Source: Planctomycetota bacterium (lineage in GTDB: Bacteria; Planctomycetota; Planctomycetia; Isosphaerales; Isosphaeraceae). From it: a stretch of 26,495 nt of DNA. The position numbers were made by a program, and so were the translations under genes. Under the pieces are notes generated by a model, which had not been told where the DNA came from, did no database searches, and saw only the letters and a program-made list of their open reading frames with translations. How positions within the stretch are numbered: position 1 is the stretch's first letter; each line of letters opens with the position of its first letter. Shown piece after piece: positions 8,968 to 19,200 of this stretch. The stretch spans positions 1-26,495 of the forward strand of contig JAKAUH010000797.1 in NCBI GenBank assembly GCA_021818605.1. Reading direction: 5' to 3'.

Positions 8968-10761
8968 TCAGACCGCCCCGGCCATGGCCTCAAGCTGGAC
9001 GAGCGAGCGGGTCTGCTCCTTCGCCAGGTACGCGCGGCCGTACTTGATCTGGATGTGGTCCCACGGAAGGACTTCCTCGATCGGCCGCTCGCGGTGGCTG
9101 TAGAACGGCACGTCGATGCCGAGGTCGGCGAAGGTGTCCCACCAGAGCTGCGGGTTGAAGTACTCGCCCCACGCGTCGAGCCGGGCGCCGCGGCGCCAGG
9201 CGGCCTCGAGCGCCTCGGCGACCCGCCGGTCGCCGCGGGTGAGGATGCCCTCGAGCAGGCTCCGCTCGATGTCATGGCACTTGACCGTCACCGCGCGCAT
9301 CTTCACCCGCGATTTGAGATACCTGTGCGCCCAGTGGAGGTACTCGCGATCCTTGACCCCGTTCCACTGGTAGGGCGTGTGCGGCTTGGGGATGAAGTTG
9401 GAAACGCTGGCGGTGACCTCGGCGAATCGGCCGGTCACCTCCTTACCGATCCGCGCGATCGTCTCGGCCATCTCGATGATGCCATCGAGGTCGGCCGCGC
9501 GCTCGCCTGGCAGGCCGCACATGAAGTACAGCTTGACCTTCCGCCAGCCGCGGCGAAATGCCTCGGCGCAGCCGTCGTACAGGTCGCGGTTATCGATCGG
9601 CTTGCGGATCTGCTCGCGCATGTCGTCGCGGGCGACCTCGGGCGCGAGAGTCAGACCGCTCCGCCGGCCCTCCGCCAGAAGCGCGGGGATCTTCTTCAAG
9701 GTCTCGGTGATCCGCAGGCTGGGGAGCGAGATCTTGACGCCCAGCGGCGTGAACACCTCGCTCATCCGGGTCACGAGCCGTTCGAAGTCGGGGTAGTCGC
9801 TCGACGACAGCGACAGCAGGCTGATCTCGTCGTAGCCGGTGGCCTCGTAGCTTTCGAGCGCGGCCTTCACGATCGTTTCGACCGTGCGAAAGCGGAGCGG
9901 CCGCTTGATCACGGTGCTCTGGCAGAACCGGCACTGCCAGGGGCAGCCGCGCATGATCTCGATGGCGATCCGATCATGCGCCGTCTCGACAAACGGGACG
10001 ATCGGCCGGGTGGGCAGGGGGATCCCGTCCAGGTCACGGATCACGCAGGGCCGGATCGCCTCGGGCACGTCGTCGCGCGTGTGGCGGATCTCGAGGATCG
10101 TGCCGTCGTCCTTGTAGATCGGCTGATAGAATCGCGGGACGTACGCCCAGTCGACGCTCCTGGCGATCCGCGCGAGCCTCTCCTCACGCGACAGGCCCGA
10201 GCCCTTCATCTCGGCCCACATCCGGCAGACGACTGGCAGGCTCGGCTCGCCGTCGCCGATGACGAACAGGTCGACAAAAGGCGCGAGCAGCTCGGGGTTC
10301 TGCGCGCCCGGCCCGCCGGCGATGACCAGCGTATCCTCCGGCCCGCGGTCCTCGGCGTGCAGTGCGATGCCGCCCAGGTCGAGCATCGTCAGGACGTTCG
10401 TGTCGCAGATCTCGTACTGGAGCGAGAAACCCAGCACATCGAAGCGGTTCAGTGGCGTGAACGTCTCGAGGCTGTAGAGCGGCAGCCGGTGCTGCCGCAT
10501 GGCCGCCTCGAAGTCGGGCAGCGGCGTGAACACACGCTCGCACGCCCAGTCCTCGGCGTTCATCAGGCTGTAAAGCACCTGGAGCCCGTGGTGGCTCATC
10601 CCGAGCGAATAGGTGTCAGGGAAGGCCAGACAGACGGTCCCGAGCGTCGTCCGGTGGTCCTTCACGAGGCTGTTGAGCTCGCTCCCCACATACTGGGCGG
10701 GCGTGCGGACAGCGGGCAGGACCTTCGAAACAACAAGCTGCTTGAGTTCCTGGTTGAGCAT
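8968..10761 (-). CDS. B12-binding-domain radical SAM protein (TIGR03960-like)
   Basis: CxxxCxxC motif (RGCPWQCRFC). N-terminal PAQYVG.E.N, LAFPDTYSLGMS..G.QVLY, GFSLQYE, FIPKPHTPYQW and RRGARLDAW motifs. Start set at ATG 10761 (MLNQELK); the ORF-track extension to 11175 overlaps the upstream gene. Confidence 0.85.
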   Translation of the reverse strand: MLNQELKQLVVSKVLPAVRTPAQYVGSELNSLVKDHRTTLGTVCLAFPDTYSLGMSHHGLQVLYSLMNAEDWACERVFTPLPDFEAAMRQHRLPLYSLETFTPLNRFDVLGFSLQYEICDTNVLTMLDLGGIALHAEDRGPEDTLVIAGGPGAQNPELLAPFVDLFVIGDGEPSLPVVCRMWAEMKGSGLSREERLARIARSVDWAYVPRFYQPIYKDDGTILEIRHTRDDVPEAIRPCVIRDLDGIPLPTRPIVPFVETAHDRIAIEIMRGCPWQCRFCQSTVIKRPLRFRTVETIVKAALESYEATGYDEISLLSLSSSDYPDFERLVTRMSEVFTPLGVKISLPSLRITETLKKIPALLAEGRRSGLTLAPEVARDDMREQIRKPIDNRDLYDGCAEAFRRGWRKVKLYFMCGLPGERAADLDGIIEMAETIARIGKEVTGRFAEVTASVSNFIPKPHTPYQWNGVKDREYLHWAHRYLKSRVKMRAVTVKCHDIERSLLEGILTRGDRRVAEALEAAWRRGARLDAWGEYFNPQLWWDTFADLGIDVPFYSHRERPIEEVLPWDHIQIKYGRAYLAKEQTRSLVQLEAMAGAV

Positions 10762-10876
10762 GGCTGGCGGACTCGACAGGGCGGGGCGCAATGATCGAAC
10801 GATTCCCCGCATTTTACCGGGGGCACGGGGCTCTGAACAGGCGGAGCGCAACAGGTGAACGACGACGCCCGGTCGT

Positions 10877-11821
10877 CTAGCCGGGCGACTTGAACAGGTC
10901 GAGGAAGCGGTCCTCGTACTCGCGATAGAGCTGGAGCCGGTCGAGCTCGCGCTTGAGCTCGTAAGCCTTCGACCGATTCTGGATTGCCTGGCGGAACAGG
11001 GACTCGATGTGCTCGCGATCGTCGACGCTAAGACCCTCCTCGCTCGCGGCCGGCTCAAACTCGAGGGCCTCCATCTCGTCAGATCCCTCTTCGTCGGGCT
11101 GCTGCTCCAGCGCCTCCTTGACCTTCTCGAGCAGCTCGCCGAGCTTCTGCTCGACTTCCTTCGACTGCTCGGCAAGCTCGGTGAGGTCGAGCTGGATGTT
11201 GACGATCGTCGTGAACGCCTCGAGCACCGCCAGCGACGCCTTGGGGAACGGGAGCTGCTGGAAGATGTGGGGCATCTCGCCCATCAGGCAGGCCCCCCGC
11301 AGGCCGCTCTCGGCGGCGACACCGATCAGGACGCCGTTGAGACCGCCAATCTGGCCGTCCTCGACGATCTCGAGCTCGAGCCGCTTGAGCTCGCCAAGAC
11401 TCTCGGAGTCGGTGGCCGCGCCGAAGACTCGCGAGGCATGCTCCGGATGCATGGCCGTCGCCATCGCCGCGAAGGTGTAGACCCGATCGACGCCAAGCTG
11501 GCGGGCGAACTCGATCAGCCGCTGGCAGAACGCATAGCGCCCCTTCGGCGGCTGCGCCTCGCCGATGAACACCACGATGTCATGCTGCTCGCGCGGGTCC
11601 TTCCAGACGAAGAACCGGCTGCGCGGCAGGCGGCTGATGCGGATCAGCCCCTCCTTGACCACCACGTGTTCCACGTCGAACAGCTCGAGGGCCGAGAACT
11701 CGGCGAGTATGTGCATGCCCAACTTGGCCACGAGGAAATAACCGGCGCTGATCGCGACGTTCCCCATCCCGGGCCACACCGCGACCAGCCAAGGCCTGTT
11801 CAGTTTCAGCTCAGGTTCCAT
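10877..11821 (-). CDS. PAC2-family (proteasome assembly chaperone-like) protein
   Basis: LVAVWPGMGNVA, FIGEAQP, VYTFAA, IGGLNGVL and GACLMGE motifs, and FPKAS..VL. Start ATG 11821 is the likeliest, but an upstream start is possible. Confidence 0.8.
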   Translation of the reverse strand: MEPELKLNRPWLVAVWPGMGNVAISAGYFLVAKLGMHILAEFSALELFDVEHVVVKEGLIRISRLPRSRFFVWKDPREQHDIVVFIGEAQPPKGRYAFCQRLIEFARQLGVDRVYTFAAMATAMHPEHASRVFGAATDSESLGELKRLELEIVEDGQIGGLNGVLIGVAAESGLRGACLMGEMPHIFQQLPFPKASLAVLEAFTTIVNIQLDLTELAEQSKEVEQKLGELLEKVKEALEQQPDEEGSDEMEALEFEPAASEEGLSVDDREHIESLFRQAIQNRSKAYELKRELDRLQLYREYEDRFLDLFKSPG

Positions 11822-12278
11822 CTCGTCGCCCCATTCCACATCGCTGCACCAGACCCGGATCATCACCCGGCGACCGTCCCGCGCCACGGCCACCGGTGCT
11901 TTCTCCACGTGAACAATGACACGCACCGCCCGGACCGTCGGAACGTAGGATATTTGACGTCACGCCGCAAGCCCCGCGCCCGCCCGACGAGACAACGGCC
12001 CGAATCCCCCTCGTGGTCGTCGAGCGTTTGGCAGGCCCGGCGGTGGTACAGGATATGCAAGTTGCCTTCGGTCCGATACCGCAAGGGGTCGGCCACCGCG
12101 GGCCGGAAATTCGATCGGCCGCTGAGCCTTCGCTCGTCCCGACCATCTCGAAGGACAACGCGGAGACGCTCGGGAGCCGGGATTCCGCCGGACGTCGCAC
12201 CTTCCGCCCCTCCACTGAGTATTATAGACGCGAGCCGATCGCCCTGGAGAGAAAGAAAATCATGGTTTGGACTTCGCC

Positions 12279-14741
12279 ATGAGAGCAAGCACGGCACCGA
12301 AGCCTCCGCGGGCCGAGGATCGGCCGGGCAGCCAGCCGGTTCCGGGGTATCGCCTGGTGGCCCGGATCGGGTCGGGCGGCGCGGGGGACGTCTGGCAGGC
12401 CGAAGCACCGGGCGGATTGCGGGTCGCGCTCAAAATCGTGCCCCTGAGCAATGGCCTCGGCCGGCGTGAGATGGCCAACCTGAGGATCCTCCGCGCCCTG
12501 AGGCATCCCAACCTGCTCGCCTACTTCGGCGCCTGGCAGACGGAGAGCCGGCTGATCATCGGCATGGAACTCGCCGATCGGTCGCTGTGGGACCGCTTCG
12601 TGGAGGCGCGGACTGCGGGACTGGCTGGCCTCCCGAGAAGCGAACTGCTGGCCATCCTCGGCGACGTGGCCCAGGTGGTCGACTTCCTCAACGAGCCGCG
12701 GCATGAGCTCGAGGGCCGCGCCGGAGTCGCGATCCACCACCGCGACATCAAACCGCAGAACATCATGCTGATCGGCCAGGGAGTGAAAGTGGCCGACTTT
12801 GGCCTGTCGTGCCTGGACGAACCGCTCGGGCCGGGGCGGTCGCAGTGCGGGCTGACCTTCGCCTACGCGGCCCCGGAGACGTTCCGCGGCCGGGTGTCGC
12901 CCGCGGCCGACCAGTACTCGCTGGCGATCACCTATGCCCAGCTCCGCGCCGGACGGCTGCCGTTCGTCGGTCCGCCAGCCGCCGTCATGATGGGGCACCT
13001 GTTCGGTGAGCCTCACCTTTCGACCCTGCCCGAGCCCGAGCGGTCGGCGATCGCGCGAGCACTCGCCAAGGATCCGGCCGAGCGGTGGCCGGACTGCCGG
13101 GCGCTGATGGCCGCGCTCGCGGCATGCCTCGGAACGCCCGACACGCTCGAAGCCGACGGCATCGAACCCCGGGGCGGTCAGGTCTCCTCGGCGGTGGTGA
13201 TTCCGCCGCTGTCCGGCGAATGGGACGACGATCCTTCGGCCTCGGCCCGCGTGACCGGACCGGTCGACGAGGCGCTGGCCGGGAGCGTCTACTTCATGGG
13301 CCCCGCCGATGTCAATGAGCCGATGCCGATGGCCCCGTCGAGCCTGGCGACCGTCCGGGTCCACGCCGTCGCTCCGAGGCGAAAGGCGTCCCCGATCCTC
13401 ATCACCGCGGCGGCCCTGCTGGCCGGCGTGATCTGCTGGTCGCTGGGGGCGAGGCCGCACGGACAGGCCGGGGTGCCGGCGGCATCAGCCCGCGAGCGGA
13501 AGGAAAGCCTCGCATTCGCCTCGATGGCGAAGGCCGATCGGGTCGAACGGACGAATCGTGCGCCGACCGACTCACCGAGGCTTGCGACCGTTCGGTCGGC
13601 CAGGCCGGAAGTCGCGAACGCCCACGCATCGCGCCGCCCCCGGCGACGGCCCGAGCCGCCCTCGGCGCTCCCCCGGCCGGGCCATGGCCGGCCGCCGACC
13701 GTCGCGGATCGATCTTCCCCTTCTCCCGAGCCGACGGTCGCCTGGCAGACCATTCGTGCGACCTGCCACCCGGACCTCTCGGCGCTTGGGCCGCGGTACG
13801 ACCGGGTGGTGGCCCGGACGAAAGCGGTCCTGGCGAACCTCCGCACGGAATCGTGGCAATCGACCGTCCCACACGTGGCGGAGCCGCCCGGGCCGGCCCC
13901 GCCGCCGCAAGAGCCCGCGCGGCCGGGCGCGCGGGTGGCGATGCCCGCGGTGCTCGAAATCCAGGCCGGTCGCGAGCGCTCGATTCCGATCCAGATCGAG
14001 CGCGGCGGCACCGCCGGCGTGCTGTCCGTCGAGTTCTGCGGCATGCCCGCCGCAGTCCGCATACCTGTCGTGACCATACCCGTGGGCGAGCACGTCGCGA
14101 ACGCGGTCATCCGGGCCCGGCTCGACGCCCACGACGCCACGGTGCCGGTCACGATGATCGTCCGGGGCGGACCCCGACCGGCCGAGGCGACGTTCCGGCT
14201 GCGCGTGCACTCGGACCCGGCCAGGCTCAGCCGTACTCGAGGCCACACGCTACTGGCGCTCGGACGGCCCGCCGAGGCCGTCGCGGCCTTCGACAGCGCG
14301 GTGCGGGCGGGAATCTCCGACCCGTTCGTTTTCAACAACCGGGGGCTGGCCCACTTCGCCCTGGGACAGCTCGACCCGGCGATCCTCGACTACACCGAGG
14401 CCAGCCGCCTGCGCCCGGACGACCCGGTCATTCGCTATAACCGGGGAATGGCATTCGCGCGCCGAGGCGACGATGTGCGCGCCCTGCTCGACTTCGACCT
14501 GGCGATCCGGCTCAAGCCCGACTACGCCCGGGCCTACGCCGCCCGCGCGGCGGTCTACCTGCGACGCGGCGATCAGGCACGCTCGGCGGCCGACACCGCC
14601 CGGGCCCGCGACCTGGCACACGGCACCAACCCCCAGGGCCAACCCTCAGCACCCGCTCCACGCCCGCCCCAGCGCGGCGGCCCGGCGGCGGTTTCCCCCG
14701 CACCGGCGATCGGCACGAGTCTCTCGGCGCTCACGGACTGA
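12279..14741 (+). CDS. Hanks-type Ser/Thr protein kinase with TM segment, Pro/Arg-rich linker, Ig-like region and about 4 C-terminal TPRs
   Basis: GSGGAGDV glycine loop, VALK, HRDIKPQN, DFG, YAAPE and DQYSLA motifs. Hydrophobic stretch ILITAAALLAGVICWSLGA. TPR motifs FNNRGLAH, YNRGMAF and AYAARAAVY. Confidence 0.9.
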   Translation: MRASTAPKPPRAEDRPGSQPVPGYRLVARIGSGGAGDVWQAEAPGGLRVALKIVPLSNGLGRREMANLRILRALRHPNLLAYFGAWQTESRLIIGMELADRSLWDRFVEARTAGLAGLPRSELLAILGDVAQVVDFLNEPRHELEGRAGVAIHHRDIKPQNIMLIGQGVKVADFGLSCLDEPLGPGRSQCGLTFAYAAPETFRGRVSPAADQYSLAITYAQLRAGRLPFVGPPAAVMMGHLFGEPHLSTLPEPERSAIARALAKDPAERWPDCRALMAALAACLGTPDTLEADGIEPRGGQVSSAVVIPPLSGEWDDDPSASARVTGPVDEALAGSVYFMGPADVNEPMPMAPSSLATVRVHAVAPRRKASPILITAAALLAGVICWSLGARPHGQAGVPAASARERKESLAFASMAKADRVERTNRAPTDSPRLATVRSARPEVANAHASRRPRRRPEPPSALPRPGHGRPPTVADRSSPSPEPTVAWQTIRATCHPDLSALGPRYDRVVARTKAVLANLRTESWQSTVPHVAEPPGPAPPPQEPARPGARVAMPAVLEIQAGRERSIPIQIERGGTAGVLSVEFCGMPAAVRIPVVTIPVGEHVANAVIRARLDAHDATVPVTMIVRGGPRPAEATFRLRVHSDPARLSRTRGHTLLALGRPAEAVAAFDSAVRAGISDPFVFNNRGLAHFALGQLDPAILDYTEASRLRPDDPVIRYNRGMAFARRGDDVRALLDFDLAIRLKPDYARAYAARAAVYLRRGDQARSAADTARARDLAHGTNPQGQPSAPAPRPPQRGGPAAVSPAPAIGTSLSALTD

Positions 14742-14752
14742 AAGCGATCGGA

Positions 14753-16024
14753 TCAAACCGCCGTTCGCTCCGCGGGTTGCGGCGCCCAGCGGGTGAGCTC
14801 GTCGGCCGCGCGGGAGAATAACTCGTTCCAGTCGTCGAGGCGGGCCTGGCGGAACAGGCGGAGGCTCGGATACCAGGGCGTGTTCTCGCGGTCGATCAGC
14901 CACCGCCAGTCGCTCCGGCTCGAGATCATCACCCAGGTGGGCACACCCAGGGCACCGGCCAGGTGCACGACCGAGGTGTCCACCGCGATCAACAGGTCGA
15001 GCTGCCGCAGGGCCGACGCCGTATCGGCGTAATCCGATAGCCGGTCCGCCAGGTCCACCACGCGGCCGGTCCACGGTCCAGGCTCGCGCAGCTCGCCGGC
15101 CTGCGGCCCGACCTGGAGGCTGTAGAACGCGACGTCCGGCACGTCGAACAGCGGCGCCAGCGCGCGCAACCAGCACGAGCGATGGCGATCGTTCTGATGT
15201 GTCGGACTACCACCCCAGGCAATGCCGACCCTGAGCCGGGGATTCGCCACCGAGGACAGCCCGAGGTCGATCGTCCGCGGCTCGGGCGTGAGATAGGGAA
15301 TGGAGCAGGGGATCGTCTCGAGAGTCGTCCCCAGGACCAGGGGCAAGCTGAGCAGCGGCAGGTACGTCTGAAATTCCGACACCTGCACCTCGCCCGGCCC
15401 GCGCAACTGCGCCACGCCCGGCAGTCCCTCGAAGATCGAGAACAGGTTCAACGGACAGAAGAAGATCAGCCGGTCGCACCGCTCGGCCGCCATGGGGAGA
15501 TACCGGACAAACTGGATGGCATCGCCCGCGCCCTGCTCGCTGTGGACCAGCAGCGTCCCCCGGAGCGGCTGGCCGTCCCAGAGCGGGTGCGGCACCCGAA
15601 ACGGCGTGAACTTGCTGGTCTTCCACCGCCATTCGCTCTCGCGGAAACCCTCGGGAAACCGCCCGAGCCGCAGCAGCAGCATCCCCAGGTTGAAATGGGC
15701 GTCCGGGAATTCGTGCTTGATCGCCAGCGCTCGCCGATAATGAGCCTCGGCCGCCTGGTACATCCCCAGACGCTCTTCCAGGATCGCCAGGTTGTTGAAC
15801 GCCCCGGCCGCGCGGCCGTCGCGGGCGATCACGTCGATGAAGTGGATCCAGGCCTCCTGGTCCATCTCCAGGTCGCGGTAGACGACCCCCAGGTTGTACC
15901 GGGCCATGTTCGCGCCGGGATCGATCGCCAGCGCCTTCTCGAAATGCACCCGCGCCGCGGCGAGGTCGCCGCGCTCGTAGGCCTCGCCGCCCAGCTTGAG
16001 GTGATCCGCCAGGGTCTCAGGCAT
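14753..16024 (-). CDS. TPR-containing glycosyltransferase (GT9-like GT-B C-terminus)
   Basis: About 4 N-terminal TPRs (YNLGVVY, FNNLAIL, HFNLGMLL), then EQGAGDAIQF.RY, RVGIAWGGSP, DLLIAVDTSVVHLAGALG and DWRW motifs. RBS GGAGG before ATG 16024. Confidence 0.8.
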   Translation of the reverse strand: MPETLADHLKLGGEAYERGDLAAARVHFEKALAIDPGANMARYNLGVVYRDLEMDQEAWIHFIDVIARDGRAAGAFNNLAILEERLGMYQAAEAHYRRALAIKHEFPDAHFNLGMLLLRLGRFPEGFRESEWRWKTSKFTPFRVPHPLWDGQPLRGTLLVHSEQGAGDAIQFVRYLPMAAERCDRLIFFCPLNLFSIFEGLPGVAQLRGPGEVQVSEFQTYLPLLSLPLVLGTTLETIPCSIPYLTPEPRTIDLGLSSVANPRLRVGIAWGGSPTHQNDRHRSCWLRALAPLFDVPDVAFYSLQVGPQAGELREPGPWTGRVVDLADRLSDYADTASALRQLDLLIAVDTSVVHLAGALGVPTWVMISSRSDWRWLIDRENTPWYPSLRLFRQARLDDWNELFSRAADELTRWAPQPAERTAV

Positions 16025-16139
16025 CGTGCCGCCTCCCACGCGGCGGACCGGATCGTCGCGGGGCCGTCGGTCCACCCCCGCGGTCGGGATGTTGACGGGG
16101 CGGACGGCACCCCCTACGCTGCATACGTGGCGACCGACG

Positions 16140-16169
16140 AATCTACGGGCCACGCCGGGCGGGTGTCAA
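16140..16169 (-). promoter_or_regulatory. Sigma70-like promoter for the TPR-glycosyltransferase gene
   Basis: On the minus strand: perfect TTGACA (16169-16164), 18-bp spacer, TAGATT (16145-16140), about 115 bp upstream of ATG 16024. Confidence 0.6.
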
Positions 16170-16218
16170 GGATCGCGGCTTTCCCTCCACCGATCGATCA
16201 TACCCAGGATATTCGTTG

Positions 16219-19200
16219 ATGAATGCTTCCCGCCAACCGACCAAGTGCGCGGTCATCCTCCTCGCGCTGTTCTCCGTGCTGTCGAGTTCACCAATCGCCA
16301 GGGCAGGGGAGGGTGGCGAGCCCACGGCCAGCGGCAAGGCAGGGGATCTCTTCGCCCGTGATCACCTGATCGCCTGGTGCATCGTCCCGTTCGACAGCAA
16401 GAAGCGCGGGCCGGAGGCGCGGGCCGAGATGCTCCACCGGCTGGGCTTCCAGCACTTCGCCTACGACTGGCGGGCCGAGCACATCCCCACCTTCGACGCC
16501 GAGATCGCCGCGCTCAAAAAACACGGCGTTTCCCTTGACGCCTTCTGGGTCGCGCCGGGCAAGCTCAACCGCGAGTCGCGGCTGATCCTCGACACCCTGG
16601 CGCGGCATGGCGTCAAGGCGCAGCTCTGGGTCCTGCTCGACCTGGGCGCCGATCGCGCGACCGGTCCCGAGCAGGAGCGCCGGATCAGGGCCGCCACCGA
16701 CGATCTGGCGCCGCTGGCGAAGGAGGCCGCCCAGGTGAATTGCTCGCTGGCGCTGTACAACCACGGCGGCTGGTTCGGCGAGCCCGAGAACCAGCTCGCC
16801 ATCCTCAAGCGCCTCCAGTCGCAGGGAATCCGCAACGTCGGCATCGTCTACAACCTTCACCACGGGCACGAGCACCTCGATCGGCTGCCCGCGGTGCTCG
16901 CGATGCTGAAACCTTACCTGGTGGCGATCAACCTGAACGGCATGGATCGGCACGGCGATCGCGTCGGGCGGAAGATCCTGCCGCTGGGCCAGGGCTCGCG
17001 CGACCTGGAGATCCTGCGGATCGTCCGCGACAGCGGCTATCGCGGGCTGATCGGCATCCTCGGCCACACGATGGACGACGCCGAGCAGCGGCTTCAGGAC
17101 AATCTGGATGGCCTCGACTGGCTCGTGCCGCAGCTCGACGGCAAGAAACCCGGCCCGAGGCCGACGCCGCGCACCCCCGTCCCGCCAGCGCCGAAAGCGC
17201 AGGCGCCCGTACCGGCGCCGGCGCCGGCCGCGGCGACCGCGAAGGAGCAGGCCGACGCCGCGCAGCTCGCCGCCCTCCTCGCCGAGGCCCAGGCTCACGG
17301 CGACCCCGGCCGCGGCGCCCAGGTGATCGCCGCGCCGAAGTTCGCCTGCCTCTCGTGCCACCGCGTGGGCAAGCAGGGGGGAACGATCGGTCCCGACCTG
17401 TCGACGGTCGGCATGAGCGCGAAACCCGAGGAAATCGTCGAGTCGCTGCTCTGGCCGGCGAGGAAGGTCAAGGAGGGCTACCAGGTCGTCACCATCGCCA
17501 GGGAGGACGGCCGCATCGTCCAGGGCTACCGCGTGTCCGAAACCCCCGACGCGCTTACACTGCGCGACCCGGCAACCGGGTCACCCGTGCGGATCGCGCG
17601 CGAGGAAATCGATGGCGTGCGCCCCGGCGGCACGCTGATGCCCGAAGGTCTGGCGGCGTCGATGACGGCCGACGAGCGCAGGGACCTCGTCCGGTTCCTG
17701 ATCGAGCTCGGCCGACCCGGCGGAGCGGCTTCCGGCCTGATACCGGCCCATTCGCATGCACCCGCGAGCTTCTCCTACAGCCGGGCACCCATCCACCCCG
17801 AGGACTGGCCGAACCGAAACCACCGCGTCAACCGTGACCGGTTGTACGACTTCTACGCGAAGGAGGCGGAGCATTTCGGCCGCGAGCCGGTGGTTCCCAT
17901 GCTGCTGCCGGCCTATCCGGGCCTCGACGGCGGCACGCTCGGCCACTGGGGCAACCAGAGCGACTTCGACTGGGTCGACAGCCGGTGGAACCAGACGGAC
18001 CTCGGATCCCTGCTTTGCGGCGTCTTCCGCGGCGCCGGCGTTACCGTTCCCACGGCGGTCTGCGTCCGCCTCGGCGAGCACGGCGAGGTCTCGGCGTGCT
18101 TCAACCCCGAGACCCTCTGCTACGAGGCCGCCTGGACAGGCGGATTCCTTCGCTTCGACCCCAAGCGTCACGGCTTGCTCGACGGCGTGATCCTCCATGG
18201 CACGCCGCTGCCCCGCCCCGAGGGCACGAAGCCTAACCAGCCATTCGTTTATCACGGCTTCTACCGGCACGGTAACCGCGTGGTGTTCTCATATCGGATC
18301 GGCGACGTCGAGATGCTCGACGCCCCCTGGGCCGAGGATGGCCGGTTCACCCGCGTCGTCACCCCGGCGAGCGAGCACCCGCTGCGGCATCTTACCCGCG
18401 GCGGCGGCCCCGCGCAGTGGCCGCAGGTGCTGACGACCTCGGGACGGACCGGCAAGACCGGTCCCTATGCGATCGACGTCATCGAGCCGCCGTTCGACAA
18501 CCCGTGGAAGGCCCTGATGTTCTTCGGCGACCACGATTTCCTCGCCGATGGAACGGCCATGCTCTGTACGATGGTTGGGGATGTCTGGCACGTCGACGGC
18601 CTCGACGCCTCGCTCAAATCGGTCCGCTGGCGGCGCTTTGCCTCGGGCCTGCACCAGGCGCTCGGCCTGCTCGTGGTGGACGGAAAGGTCCACGTGCTGG
18701 GCCGCGACCAGATCACCCGCCTGCACGACATCGACGGCGACGGCGAGGCCGACTTTTATGAGTGCGTCAACAATACGATTTCGACGTCGCCCGGCGGCCA
18801 CGACTTTGTCAGCGGCTTGCAACGCGACCGCCTGGGAAGGTTCTACACGGCGTCCAGCAAGCAGGGCTTGTTGCGCATCCCGCCGGATGGCCGCCCGGCG
18901 CAGGTGATCGCCACCGGCTTCCGCAACCCGGACGGCCTCGGCCTCTCACCCGACGGGACGATCACCGTGCCGTGCTCGGAGGGCGAATGGACGCCCGCGT
19001 CGATGGTCTGCGAGATCAGGGAAGGCGGCCATTACGGCTACCTCGGCCCGAAGGGCGGCCGGCCGCCCGACCTGCCGCTCGTTTACCTGCCCCGCGGGAT
19101 GGATAACTCCAGCGGCGCCCAGGTCACGGTGCCCGACGAACGATTCGGACCGCTTCAGGGTCAGATGATCCACCTGTCGTTCGGCACCGGGACGTATTTC

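Noticed and set aside
9055-10794. 579-aa plus-strand ORF
   Set aside because: Antisense shadow of the radical SAM gene, with no independent motif.
11822-12245. Riboswitch or sRNA in the PAC2-kinase intergenic region
   Set aside because: Only short 4-5 bp stems, with no match to the riboswitch consensus sequences I know. Consistent with divergent promoters.
11009-12469. 486-aa plus-strand ORF
   Set aside because: Overlaps PAC2 antisense and the kinase out of frame; low-complexity Arg/Ala/Gly-rich translation.
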